NCBI RefSeq assembly: GCF_006345805.1
Contig: NW_021834701.1
Location: 1-44,994, forward strand
Reading direction: 5' to 3'
Origin: Octopus sinensis
Lineage: Eukaryota
Length of the DNA stretch: 44,994 nt
Shown here: positions 22,640-36,384 of the stretch, in pieces
Layout of the letters: every line of letters begins with the position of its first letter
How positions within the stretch are numbered: position 1 is the first letter of the stretch
Notes under the pieces: generated by a model
What the model was told of the DNA's origin: nothing
Databases searched by the model: none
The model's input: only the letters and a program-made list of their open reading frames with translations
Position numbers and translations under genes: made by a program

Positions 22640-24640
22640 ATGGCAAAGTGTCATGTTCCAGTTTTTCCTTCCTATTTAGAAAAGCATTCTCAGAGCAAAT
22701 CCAGTCTGGTCACTCTCGTCCACATTAAGGCCTCCTTCTCTACCCTCACCTTTCTCTTCGAATGATACCTGAAGAAATTGATGAGAGTTTGGCCAGATAG
22801 GAAAGTGCCTGTCTTCAAACCTTTCAGATGGGCCCATCACACAGCCCCTTCCTTCTCTACTTAAAGAATTCTGGTGGGTGCGTCGGTCTTTACTATACAC
22901 TTAGCAGGCAACTAGATTTGTCTTACACAAGACAGCAGTAGTTCAACAGAAGGCCACAAGTCCTTAATATACAGACACTGAACAATTGCAAGCTGAATGG
23001 TTCCGTCTTCCTGCACGTATCTCAGACAGGTTCGGCTGTTGTTGTTGTTGTTAAGCAACAAGACAGGTGAGGGTGATTAGGTGATGGTCTAGGACTTAGG
23101 GACGGAAGACCCCAGACCTTGGGGGAAAAAAAAACTTTGGTAGTCTTGTTGTAGTCGAGGGCTCTTCGTTGACACCTGACACCACTGGGATATGGCCCTC
23201 AAAGTCGCTGGAAATGGAGATCTCCAGGTCCAAATTCAGGTTTGGCTGTTGGAACTTCCATTCCCAAAGAGTGTATAGTGAACAAGTAATGTGCCCCGCT
23301 CCCTGATGCACTGCCATGCCAAGGACTTGTTGAAATTGTCCATTATCTTCGACTAGAATGTGCTCCGGAAGAGACAACCCAGACTGTTCCCGTTGATGCC
23401 CAAAGTCAATGGTTGGCTAATCGCTGCTCATATTCTCAACTAACTCCCTGTGGAAATCTTAGTTTGTGTTCCTGCAAATGGCTTCATCCACTCTTGTCCT
23501 GTGTTTCACCCGGGAGTGCAGCTCGGTCAATGAGCAGCGGAAAGACGTGCAGCACGAAGGACGCCCACACCAGATCAGCCTTGATTTCATACCATTGCAG
23601 TAATATAAATATATCAGCAGGTGCATCAGCTTCTGCGCATAGCAATGCATCGTCAAGGATGGCATTCCATGACCACCACAAAATGGATTCTGACAGCAGA
23701 TGGGTTTCTTGACTAGTGGACCCTTCAATAAGAATCGAAAAAGCAAGCACACTGATCTGGTCAGAATGTTTTGGGGACAGGGTACCACGTACAAGGTGAA
23801 GTTTCAAATGCAGTTGTTGGCCTGTTACTTTGGTTACAAAATTGGGCGCACGGTTGTCAAGGTTATTGAACTTGGTGCCCACAAACTTTCGGGATTTAGG
23901 GGTTTACATCATTATTTTCACCCGCTCTCCGCTTTTTACTTTTTGGTGGGGGTCGTTTGGTGCTCCCCTATTTGGGTGCTTTTGTCTTGTCCAAGACTCC
24001 TGCTTTGTCCAAAGATTCCTGTTGCTTTTTTCTTACTTATTCTTGTTGTAGGGATGGTCCCTTAGGGACTGCAATGGATTTGTCATTGGGAACTGCAGTA
24101 AAAAGTGAGGTACTCCTCCCGGCTTCTTCACAAAAGAACATAAAGCTTTTAAGAGATCAGTTTTGTCACAGATACAACATTTGGGTTTCCTACCCCCTGC
24201 GACAACCAGCATCTGCTCGCACTTGCTAAAACAAAGAAAAATTTAAGATGCCGTACACGTCTTTTGGAATGACCAAAACGTGGAACTCCATTGACATTCC
24301 TGTTCTATTTTGTTGCCAGCTTGTTTTCATGTTTATTGCCCCATCTTCACGCTCCTCTGGCATGGCCATTAGTCTGAACTGGTCTCTATGTGGAGGTATG
24401 TTTGTAACCCTTACTTCGGTCAGACGACATTCCATGCATCATGAACTGGTTGGAGAGAAGCTCATTGTAAGCATTCTACACACCTCCACTTCATTGCTGC
24501 AGACAGCTTCCACCATCCTAGATTGCTTTTATCAGCAAATATACAGTTCAGAAGGCCGCACTTCTCCTGCAGACATTTTTTCTATTTCGGTCGGAGAACG
24601 GCATCGTTGCTTTTTTCCGGTTCGATTAATGCTCTTGTCT
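22640..24640 (-). mobile_element. Decayed L1/Tx1-like LINE: ORF1 remnant, APE endonuclease remnant and ORF2 C-terminus, RT domain absent
   Basis: Manual minus-strand translation gives VRVTNIPP and GRKPKCCICDKTDLLKALC (degenerate zinc knuckle), QETH, WKF motif, CLRY..GTIQLAIVQC..DLW and LKGLKTGTFLSGQTLINFFRYHSKRKVRVE. Confidence 0.65.
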
Positions 24641-25399
24641 GTTTTATAATCTGCTTGTCCGTTCGCTCGCTATAGTTTAGTTAGTTAGAGAGGGGGAGGG
24701 GGAGTAAGAGAGAGAGAGAGAAAGAGAAATGTGAGTAGAGAAGAAGGAAGGGAGGAGTATGATAATACAGTAAGGCCAAATACATCATGTGGTTAGTTGA
24801 AGGGGGGGGTGAAGAGTGAGAGAAAAAGATGGTGAGAGAAAAGTAGGAGAGAGAGGTGTTGTTAAAGACGTGCTGTAGGGTGAGGAAGGAAAGGTAAAGA
24901 GAAAGAGAGAAGTGTTAAAGATATGAAGAGGGGAATAACCTGGTTAAAATGTTTGTTGAAGAGAATGAGAGACATGTAAAGTGCTTAGAAGAAGGAAATT
25001 TTGAAAAAGTATAATTATTGTAACTGCAAGTGAAATAATTTAGCAAAACCATCCATTGTTTATTAAATAGCTTCTCCAAATAGTTTTCCTTCTGTGGAAT
25101 TCCCACAAGTCCCACTCGTAGATTACTGTCCGTTTCTTGGAGCAAATCCTTTTCTCTTCTCAGAGTGACATGGCACTTTATTTTCCCTTGCAGTGAATGA
25201 GTGATCTCCCCTTATCTACAATAACAAATGCCAAAACGAATTTCTGTGTGTCTGTGTGTCACACTTTGACCCCCCCCCCCACCCATCTCTCTCTCACTAT
25301 TTAATGACATTTCTTCTACTCCACTTGTAGGGGTGAGAGTAAAAGTGGGCATAAAGACGGTGAAGGTGGAAGTAGGTTGACAGCTGAGATAGTAATGGG

Positions 25400-25765
25400 G
25401 TAACAGTAACAGTCATATAACAGTCATAAAACTCTCGTAACTCAGTAGTAACATCATAACAGTCATATGACGGTCATAATAAGTCATAAAATTCTCATAA
25501 CTCAGTGGTAACATCATAACAGTCATATGACGGTCATAATACAGTCATAACACAGCCATAACATTGTCATAATACAACCATATAACAGTCAAAAATTTCT
25601 CATAACTCAGTGGTAACATCATAACAGTCATATGACGGTCATAATACAGTCATAAAACTCTCGTAACCCAGTGGTAACATCATAACAGTCATATGACCGT
25701 CATAATTCAGTCATTAACATAGTCCTAACCCAGCCATAAAACAATCATAATAGTGTCCTAACAAA
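25400..25765. repeat. Higher-order minisatellite, ~59-bp units built from ACAGTCATA-like monomers
   Basis: CTCRTAACTCAGTGGTAACATCATAACAGTCATATGACGGTCATAAT recurs 4 times. Confidence 0.88.
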
Positions 25766-25919
25766 CTGTGTCACAGCCTATAGCCATGTCATTGCCTTGT
25801 TTAGCTGTGAACATGTTGAACAGACTGATTTGCTGTGAGTCATTTTTATGTAATGGCTGTCTGTGTGTCTCAGCCTGTCCATGTCTTTGTCTCTGTTTGT
25901 GAGGCCCTGTGTGACAGTA

Positions 25920-25952
<33 letters not shown>

Positions 25953-26099
25953 AGTATCCTTTACATATATATACGAAGACTATACACACACACACATATA
26001 TATATGCACACACACACACACACAAATATATACATGTATATGTGTGTGTATGTGTTTGTGTACATTTATATATGTGTGTATGTGTGTGTGTGTGTGTGT

Positions 26100-26335
26100 A
26101 TTCTTTAACTTGTTTCATCATTTGACTGCGGCCATGCTGGAGCACCGCCTTCAAGGGTTTTAGTCAAACAAATCAACCCCAGGACTTTCTTTTCTTTTCT
26201 TCCTTTTTTTTTCTCTAAGTCAAGTACTTCCTCTATCAATCTCTTTAGCCGAACCGCTAGGTCACCGGTTGTAACCACGCCAACACTGGTTGCGAAGTGG
26301 TGATGGGGGGGGGGGCAAATACTGCCACAAAACAC
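26100..26335 (-). mobile_element. SINE 3' half
   Basis: GACTGCGGCCATGCTGGAGCACCGCC tail motif. Confidence 0.75.
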
Positions 26336-26411
26336 ACACTCATAGATATATATATACACCCACACACTACATACATTCACACATACACACACATATACAT
26401 ACACATAGACA

Positions 26412-26455
<44 letters not shown>

Positions 26456-26789
26456 ATATGCATGTGTCTATGTGTATGTCAACCTACTTCCACCTTCACC
26501 GTCTTTATGCCCACTTTTACTCTCACCCCTACAAGTGGAGGAGAAGAAATGTCATTAAATAGTGAGAGAGTGAGAGGGGTGGAGGGTCAAAGTGTGACAC
26601 ACAGACACACAGAATGTATGTATGTGTGTGGGTGTATATATATCTATGAGTGTCGATAAATTAAGTACCAGTTACGCACTGGGGTCGATGTAATCGACTT
26701 AATCCCTTTGTCTGTCTTTGTTTGTCCCCTCTATGTTTAGCCCCTTGTGGGTAGCAAAGAAATATATATATATATATATATATATATTC

Positions 26790-27180
26790 CTTACTTCCCA
26801 ACCACATGGTTCCAGGTTCAGTCCCAGTGCATGGCAGCTTGTGCAAGTTTCTCATACTATAGCTTCAGGCCAACCAAAGCCTTGTGAGTGGATTTGGCAG
26901 ATGGAAACTGAAAGAAGCCCATGGTATATATATTTGCACGGGTGTATATGCATTTATATGCATGTGTCTTTGCGTTTCTGTTTGCCCCCCCCCCATCGCT
27001 TAGCAACCGATGTTGGTCCATTTACGTCCCCCGTAACAAAAGAGACCAAAAGAAAAAGTACTACTATAGTACCAAGCTTTCACAGAATAAGACCCCAGGG
27101 AGAACTGTTTCAACTAAAGCCTTTAGGGTGTTGCTGCGGTTAAATGTCTGAAACAGGAGAAAGAATAAAAGACGAACGGA
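26790..27180 (+). mobile_element. Diverged SINE copy
   Basis: CCACATGGTTCCAGGTTCAGTCCC, GCCTTGTGAGTGGATTTGG, GACTGAAAC-like tail. Confidence 0.75.
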
Positions 27181-27306
27181 ATGTTTGTCAGTATTCCATC
27201 CTACACAGATACATACAGCCATGCATATACAGCATGTGTATATATGTGTATATATATATATATATATATGTTATATATATTATATTTATGTATATATATG
27301 TATATA

Positions 27307-27345
<39 letters not shown>

Positions 27346-27374
27346 TATATATATATTATATATATATATACATA

Positions 27375-27559
27375 GGCGCAGGAGTGGCTGTGTGGTAAGT
27401 AGCTTGCTAACCAACCACATGGTTCCGGGTTCAGTCCCCTGCGTGGCATCTGGGCAAGTGTCTTCTGCTATAGCCCCAGGCCGACCATGCCTTGTGAGTG
27501 GATTTGGTAGACGGAACTGAAGGAAGCCTGTCGTATATATATATATTTGTGTGTGTGAG

Positions 27560-27590
<31 letters not shown>

Positions 27591-27770
27591 ATGTGTGTGT
27601 GTGTGTGTTTACGTCCCAGTAACTTAGCGGTTCAGCAAAAGAGACCGATAGAATAAGTAGAGGGCTTACAAAGAATAAGTCCCGGGGTCGATTTGCCCGA
27701 CTAAAGGCGGTGCTCCAGCATGGCCACAGTCAAATGACTGAAACAAATAAAAGAGTAAAAGAGTAAAAGA
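27375..27770 (+). mobile_element. Full-length SINE
   Basis: Head at 27375, tail GAAACAAATAAAAGAGTAAAAGAG. Confidence 0.88.
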
Positions 27771-27824
27771 GTATATATGCACACACACATAAGTATATAT
27801 TGTATATATATATATATACATAAG

Positions 27825-27868
<44 letters not shown>

Positions 27869-27952
27869 AAATACAAAATGGGACAAGAACGCAAAACATC
27901 CGGACAACTTGGTGATACAAAAAGGGACAACAAAACATCCGGCACGTAAAAA

Positions 27953-28125
27953 GCACCCACTACACTCATGGAGTGGTTGGCGTTAGGAAGGGCATCCAGC
28001 TGTAGAAACATTGCCAGATCAGACTGGGCCTGGTGCAGCCTTCTGGCTTCCCAGACCCCAGTTGAACCGTCCAACCCATGCTAGCATGGAAAGCGGACGC
28101 TAAACGATGATGATCATGATTATGA
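27953..28125 (+). mobile_element. 3' part of a third short retroposon family with an RTE-like (GAT)n tail
   Basis: GGCGTTAGGAAGGGCATCCAGC...GGACGCTAAACGATGATGATCATGAT. Confidence 0.55.
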
Positions 28126-28229
28126 TATATATGCATTTATATATATAATGTATATTTATAATATATATATACATGTATATATATATAATATATATTTATA
28201 ATAAATATTACATACATATATATATATAC

Positions 28230-28278
<49 letters not shown>

Positions 28279-28358
28279 ATATGTGTGTGTATATATGTAT
28301 ACATATATATGTATATATATATGTGTATATATATATATATATGTGTGCATATATATAT

Positions 28359-28402
<44 letters not shown>

Positions 28403-28453
28403 GTATATATATATGTGTTGTATATATTGTATATATATGTATTTATATATGTG

Positions 28454-28486
<33 letters not shown>

Positions 28487-28534
28487 TATATATACACACA
28501 TACGTATATATTTATTATATATATATAGATCATA

Positions 28535-28790
28535 TTTACTTTTTTACTTGTTTCAGTCAATAAACTGAGGCCATGCTGGAGCACCAGCCCTCTTGCTCTT
28601 TTCCTCCTTTCAGTCATTTACTCTGGCCAAACTGGAGCACTGCCTTTAGTCGAACAAATTGACCCTATTCTTTGAAAGTCTAATACATATTTTATCCGTA
28701 TCTTTTGGCAAATCACTAAGTTATGGGGATGTAAACACAACAACATTAGTTGTCAAGCAATGGGGGGGGGACAAACACAGACACACTAAC
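28535..28790 (-). mobile_element. Diverged SINE 3' half
   Basis: GGCCATGCTGGAGCACC tail, partly duplicated. Confidence 0.65.
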
Positions 28791-28819
28791 ATATGTATAT
28801 ACATATATATGTATGTATG

Positions 28820-28851
<32 letters not shown>

Positions 28852-28903
28852 TATATATATATATGTGCATGTATATATATACACATATATACATATATAT
28901 ATC

Positions 28904-28934
<31 letters not shown>

Positions 28935-29074
28935 CATGTATATATACATATATGTATATATATATATATGAATATATCATGTATACATACATATATAATA
29001 CACGACATACATACATATATATATATATATCATTTATATCTACATAATATATAATATATATGTATGTATGTATA

Positions 29075-29478
29075 TATATACTCTTTACTCTCTCTCCTCT
29101 TTTAATCTTTTACTTGTTTCAGTCATTTTGACTGTGGCCATGCTGAGCACTGCCTTTAGTCGAGCAACTCGACCCGGGACTTATTCTTTGACTTATTCTA
29201 TCGGTCTCTTTTGCCGAACCACTAAGTGACGGGGACATAAACACACCCGCATCAGTTGTGAAACGATGTGGGGGGACAACACAGACCCACAAACATAACA
29301 CACATACATATATACATATATACGACGGGCTTCTTTCAGTTTCCGTCTACCAAATCCACTCACAAGGCTTTGTCAGCTCGATGCTATAGTAGAAGAGACA
29401 ATGTGTCATGCAGTGGGACTGAACTCGGAACCATGTGGTTGGAAAACAAGCTACTTACCACACAGCCACTCCTGCACC
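29075..29478 (-). mobile_element. Near-full SINE, left member of an inverted pair
   Basis: Tail at 29075, head at ~29478. Confidence 0.88.
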
Positions 29479-29621
29479 TATACATACATACATATATATA
29501 TATATACATGTATATATATATACATATATATATATAAGCGCAGGAGTATACATTATAATATTATATATATATTATATATAATATATATATATATAGGCGC
29601 CTACATATATATATATACATT

Positions 29622-30048
29622 GGTGTAGGAGTGGCTGTGTGGTAAGTAGCTTGTTTACCAACCACATTGTTCCGGGTTCAGTCCACTGCGTGGCACCTTG
29701 GGCAAGTGTCTTCTACTATAGCCTCGGGCCGACCAATGCCTTGTGAGTGGATTTGGTAGATGGAAACTGAAAGAAGCCCGTCGTCGTATATATGTATATA
29801 TATGTATGTACATGTATGTGTGTGTGTGTGTTTGTGTGTCTGTGTTTGTCCCCCCAACATCGTTTCACAACTGATGCTGGTGTGTTTATGTCCCCGTCAC
29901 TTAGTGGTTCGGCAAAAGAGACCGATAGAATAAGTCAAAGAATAAGTCCCGGGGTCGAGTTGCTCGACTAAAGGCAGTGCTCCAGCATGGCCACAGTCAA
30001 AATGACTGAAACAAGTAAAAGATTAAAAGAGAGAGAGAGTAAAGAGTA
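29622..30048 (+). mobile_element. Full SINE, right member of the inverted pair
   Basis: Head at ~29622, tail at 30048. Confidence 0.88.
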
Positions 30049-30076
30049 TATATATATACATACATACATATATATT

Positions 30077-30113
<37 letters not shown>

Positions 30114-30377
30114 ATATTGATATATAGTTATTCCAATGCACACAAATGTATAGATGTGGATGCTCACGCAAACATATGAATATGGCACACTCATAAACAC
30201 ATATATACATTCAGGGAGCAACGTGAAGGGACGAGTTTTGCTCAAGCCCTCAATGCAGCCACCAAAATAACCACTGAGTGCAACACCCAAACCACACAGC
30301 CATAAACATATATACACACCCCTCTCTCACTTTCGGAGAGGCACAAGCACCTACACGCACATGTACACACACGGCAG

Positions 30378-30522
30378 TAACTTCCACCTACCGAAATTCA
30401 ATCACAAAGCTCCGGTCGGCTCGGGGCTATAGTGGAAGACACCTACCCAAAGTGTCACGCAGTGGGACTGAACCCGAAACCATATAGCTTGGAAGCAAGC
30501 TCCCTAACCACACAGCCATGCC
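30378..30522 (-). mobile_element. SINE 5' half
   Basis: GCAGTGGGACTGAACCCGAAACCAT...CCACACAGCC. Confidence 0.7.
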
Positions 30523-30594
30523 CGACATATATATATCTTTATAATGTATACATACATATATATACGTATATATACATACATGCATATCACGTAA

Positions 30595-30898
30595 CGTCAC
30601 GTCACCGACCAGACTGTCAGATGTTGTTACACATCGCTGGTCACAATGCGCTTCGCATTGTTTTAGCCTTCGAATGACGCCACTCCGCTGGCTGAGTGAG
30701 CAGGCCAACAGAAGAAAGAGTGGGAGAAAGAGTGGTGAAAGAGTACAGCAGGGATCACCACCACCCCCTGCCGGAGTCTCGTGGAGCTTTTAGGTGTTTT
30801 CACTCGATAAACACTCACAACGCCCGGTCTGGGAATCGAAACCGCGGTCCTACGACCGTGAGTCCGCTGCCCTAACCACTAGGCCATTGCGCCTCCAC
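30595..30898 (-). mobile_element. Fourth tRNA-derived SINE family
   Basis: Minus-strand head GGAGGCGCAATGGCCTAGTGGTTAGGGCAGCGG..GGTTTCGATTCCCAG with A/B boxes and a non-tRNA body. Confidence 0.7.
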
Positions 30899-31187
30899 AC
30901 ATACATGCATATATACGTATATATGCATGTAACGTATAAATACCTACATGCATATATACGTTTATATATACAAACATGTATATATACATATGTAAATATA
31001 TATACATACATATATATACATGCATATATATGAATATATATATATATACATATATATATATACATGTATGTATAATTATATGTATGTATATATATGAACA
31101 TTTAGGTATATGTATATATTTGGCCAAGCTGGAGCATATACATATGTGCAAGTGTGTGTACGTGTGTGTGCGTGTGTCAGTGTGTGT

Positions 31188-31520
31188 GTTCTACTATAGT
31201 CTTCCGCCAACCAAAGCCTTGTGAGTGGATTCGGTAGATGGAAACTGAAAAGAAGCCCGTCGTTTATGTATATACACATATATACGTATGTGTTTATGTG
31301 GGTGTGTTTGTCCCTTCCCCCCTCCCCCGCCCGGCCAACAGTCACTTGACGACCGACGTTGGTGTGTTCACGTCCCCGTAACTTGGAGGTTCGTTCGTGT
31401 AGACCGGTAGAATAAGTACTGGGCTTAGAAAGAATAAATCTTGGGGTCGATTTGCTCGACTAAAGGAGGTGCTCCAGCACGGCCGCGGTCAAAATGACTG
31501 ATACAAGCGAAAGAATAAAA
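31188..31520 (+). mobile_element. SINE lacking head
   Basis: CCAAAGCCTTGTGAGTGGATT...GGTGCTCCAGCACGGCCGC. Confidence 0.75.
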
Positions 31521-31619
31521 GAATCACACCACACACACACACACAGAGTGGATGTGTGTCTCTCTTACCTTGTGAACGGTCGTATTATCCGAATGGTGCA
31601 ATTCACTGCAATAAAACTA

Positions 31620-32135
31620 CTTTGGTTAGCGGTGGCGGTGACGGGGGGGTGGTGGCGGTGGTGGTGGAGAGAAAGCTGGGGGTGGTGGTGGGGGTGGCGG
31701 TGACGGGTGGTGGTGGTGGAGAGAAAGCTTGGGGGGGGAGCCACTGTGTGGGGGGAGGGGGTGACGGCGGCGGTGGTGGTTCTGCCTTCACTGCAGTCTT
31801 CGTTGTACTGGCTGCGGTGGTGGTGAGGGTTGCGGTGGTAGTAGTTGTCGTGGTGGTGGTGGGGGGAGTCAGTGGTGGTGGCGGTGTTGCTAATGGCGGT
31901 GGTGGTGGTGGTGGTTGTGGTGGTTATGGTGGTAGTAGTTGTGGTGGTGGTGGTGGTGGTTGTGGTGGTGGTGGTGGTGGTTGTGGTGGTAGTAGTTGTC
32001 GTGGTGGTGGTGGTGGTTGTGGTGGTGGTGGTGGTGGTGGTGGTTGTGGTGGTGGTGGTGGTGGTGGTGGTGGTGGTTGTAGTAGTTGTCGTGGTGATGA
32101 TGGTGGTGGTGGTGGTGGTGGTGGTTCGGTGGTGG
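31620..32135. repeat. (GGT)n-rich low-complexity tract
   Basis: Directly visible; source of the poly-Thr/Val/Gly ORFs. Confidence 0.92.
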
Positions 32136-32409
32136 TATTGATTCAAATGTTATTTATAGATATGTATTGGTGCAGTGTATATATGCGGCATGCGTGTGGT
32201 GTGTGTGTGTGTGTGTGTGTGTTCGCTGCTGTCACTTCACAACCGGTGTTGTTATGTTTACGTTCCTAATTTAGCAGTGTTTGGCAAAAGAGGGCGATAG
32301 GGGACATGGCAGACTTCAAAAAATTTAGTCGATTTGTTACAACTAGAACCGTCCGAGCCGGTGCTCCAGCATGGCCGCAGTCAAACGACTGAAACGAGTA
32401 AAAGAAATT

Positions 32410-33610
<1,201 letters not shown>

Positions 33611-34809
33611 GAGTGCGTACAAACTGGGATGTTTATATACAGTAGTTTTTTATGCAATGTCCGTACGATTGTCATTGTTACTGAAATCCAGGTTAGACCT
33701 GTTTGTGCAGAACTATGCCGAAAGACGTTCCAACTGCGACCATCCCGTTTGTGTAGTGGACACCGCTCTTTTCTTTGTAAGGACATAAAACTTGGGAGCG
33801 ACGGGTGGTTTAGCTGTTATTTCTAGCATGCCATGTGCTCACATGGACAATCGCCTGTTTTTGCGCAAGCGGTGTCTATGTATGTATCTGTGCATGTGCG
33901 CGCGCGTGTAAGTGTGTGTGTGTGTGTGTGTTGTATGTGTGTATGCGTACGTATATGTGTAGGTATGTGTGTTTACGTTAATGTATACGTGTGTGTATGT
34001 GTGCGCACGTCTTCTCTCTCTCTCTCTCTGTATACGTACATACATATATACTTATATATAGATGTATGTTATGTCTGTGAGCATGTGTGTAACGTGTGTA
34101 GGCATATACATTTGTGTGTGTATATATATATATTACATACAAACACACACATACATATATGTATGCATATACATTTGTGTGTGTGTGTATATATATATAT
34201 ATTAATAATTAATTAATTTTGTATATATATATAATTAATAATTAATTAATTTTGCCCTCAATTGTTGAAATTATAATTAATCTCCCTCTGATTAATGCTT
34301 CGGATTTTACCGAAATAAGCATAGGGTTTGATGATTTTAACCCACGCTGGTGGAAAGGGGAGAACAGAGATTCTTCGCTTGCTTATTTGAATTTGTTGGC
34401 ACTGTTAGTTGGGAGCAGATCTTCGAAAGGGTATGTTCTTATTTTCAGTGTTTCCAAATCCAAACCAAGGAATTTCTGAGCCGATGATAGAAATGTTGTT
34501 TTGACTAATCTTGAAACGTACGTTCTCGAATAACCTTAGCATTTGATTTTTCGATGTCCTTACCCCCAAACTTTTGTGAGTTGAATTAAGCAAACACTAT
34601 ATATGAGAGAGATTTTCTTTAAGTATTAGAAATAGCTTTAAAAAAGTTTTTTAGCTGCTATTTCTAATGAGTTCAGTATGCGGCAAAGTAATTTATTTTA
34701 CTAAGCCCTTTTATATATGTAATAATTTGAATTCGCCTTGAATGGTCCCTTTGCTAATGAACACTTGGTGAAATTGATTAATAATTAATAATTTTGCCCT
34801 CAATTGTTG

Positions 34810-34844
<35 letters not shown>

Positions 34845-34847
<3 letters not shown>

Positions 34848-35250
34848 TCTTTACTCTTTTATTTGTTTCAGTCATTTGACTGCGGCCATGCTGGAGCACC
34901 GCCTTTTTAGTCGAGCAAATCGACCCCGGGACTTATTCTTTGTAAGCCCAGTACTTATTCTATCGGTCTCTTTTGCCGAACCGCTACGTGACGGAGACGT
35001 AAACACACCGGCGTCGGTTGTCAAGCAATGCTAGGGGGACAAATACGGACACACAAACATATACACATATATACACATACATATATACGACAGGCTTCTT
35101 TCAGTTTCCGTCTACCAAATCCACTCACAAGGCATTGGTCGGCCTGAGGCTATAGCAGATGACACTTGCCCAAGATGCCACGCAGTGGGACTGAACCCGG
35201 AACCATGTGGCTGGTTAGCAAGCTACTTACCACACAGCCACTCCTGCGCC
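34845..35250 (-). mobile_element. Full-length SINE
   Basis: Complete head to tail. Confidence 0.9.
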
Positions 35251-35322
35251 TATATCATATATATTACATACAAACACATACACACATATGTATATGTGTA
35301 CATACATACATGTATATACATA

Positions 35323-36125
35323 CTAGCAGTATCGCCCGGCGTTGCTCGGGTTTGTAAGGGAAATAACTATATAAGCATTTTTAGAGAGTTATAGCCAAAA
35401 AGTTGCAAAAAATACATTAAAAATGGAAAAAAATGATGGTAAATTTTTTTTTAAATCGTTGACTCATCGTAGACATTTTTAGAGAGTTACTTCCCTTATA
35501 TAATAGCGAAAAAATGTATTAAAATGGAAAAGAAATGATGGTAAATTATTTTTAAAATCGTAGACTCAACGTAGACGCGCGCTAATAGCCAGACGGGCTC
35601 GATATGAATCACGACTATAAGATACCCGGTTTTGGTTAAACTGCACCGCAAAATGTGGGAGGAGTTAGGAATCTAAATCGAAGGGGACAGACACTCACAC
35701 AACTAGAGTTTTATATATATAGACTAGCAGTATCGCCCGGCGTTGCTCGGGTTTGTAAGGGAAATAACTATAAAGCATTTTTAGAGAGTTATAGCCAAAA
35801 AATAGTTTTAAAAATGTATTAAAAATGGAAAAAAAATTATGGTAATTTTTTTTTTAAATCGTAGACTCATCGTAGATTTTTAGAGAGTTACTTCCCTTTA
35901 TTTAAAAAAATAGATTAAAATGGAAAAAAATTATGGTAAATTATTTTTAAAATCGTAGACTCTTCGTAGACGCGCGCTAATACCCAGAAGGGCTCGATAT
36001 GAATCACACGATATAAAATACCCGGTTTTGGTTAAACTGCACCGCAAAATGTGGGAGTAGTAGTAGTTAGGAATCTAAATCGAAGGGGACAGACAGCACC
36101 ACAACCTCACTTTTATATATAAAGA
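35323..36125 (-). mobile_element. Head-to-tail dimer of a non-autonomous Helitron (35323-35723, 35724-36125)
   Basis: Each unit has 5' TC-TATATATA and a 3' hairpin CCCGAGCAACGCCGGG + CTAG; the junction is CTAG|TC; the dimer sits between A and T. Confidence 0.85.
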
Positions 36126-36139
36126 TATAAAGATATGTT

Positions 36140-36352
36140 TGAGTGTGTTTGATTGTGTGCGTGTGTGTATGTATGTTAGGGTGCGTGTGCGTATGTTTGT
36201 GTATGTGTGTCCCTGTATGACGACTGCCTGTGTGTGTATGTGTGCGTGTGTGTGTGTGAGTGTAGGTGTGTGAGTGTGAGTGTATGTATGTGTGTGTGAG
36301 TGTATGTGTGTGAGTGTATGTGTGTGTGAGTGTATGTATGTGTGTGTGTGAG

Positions 36353-36384
<32 letters not shown>

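Larger units (their letters stand above)
25242..26614. repeat. ~140-bp inverted repeat pair (25242-25382 and 26477-26614), 1.1-kb spacer
   Basis: The ~90-bp core CACTATTTAATGACATTTCTTCT..GGTGAAGGTGGAAGTAGGTTGACA matches with one mismatch. Confidence 0.93.

Noticed and set aside
31556-32269. Gly/Cys-rich ORF resembling a structural protein
   Set aside because: It is entirely explained by (GGT)n with TTGT interruptions, all three frames are open, and there is no signal peptide or splice context.
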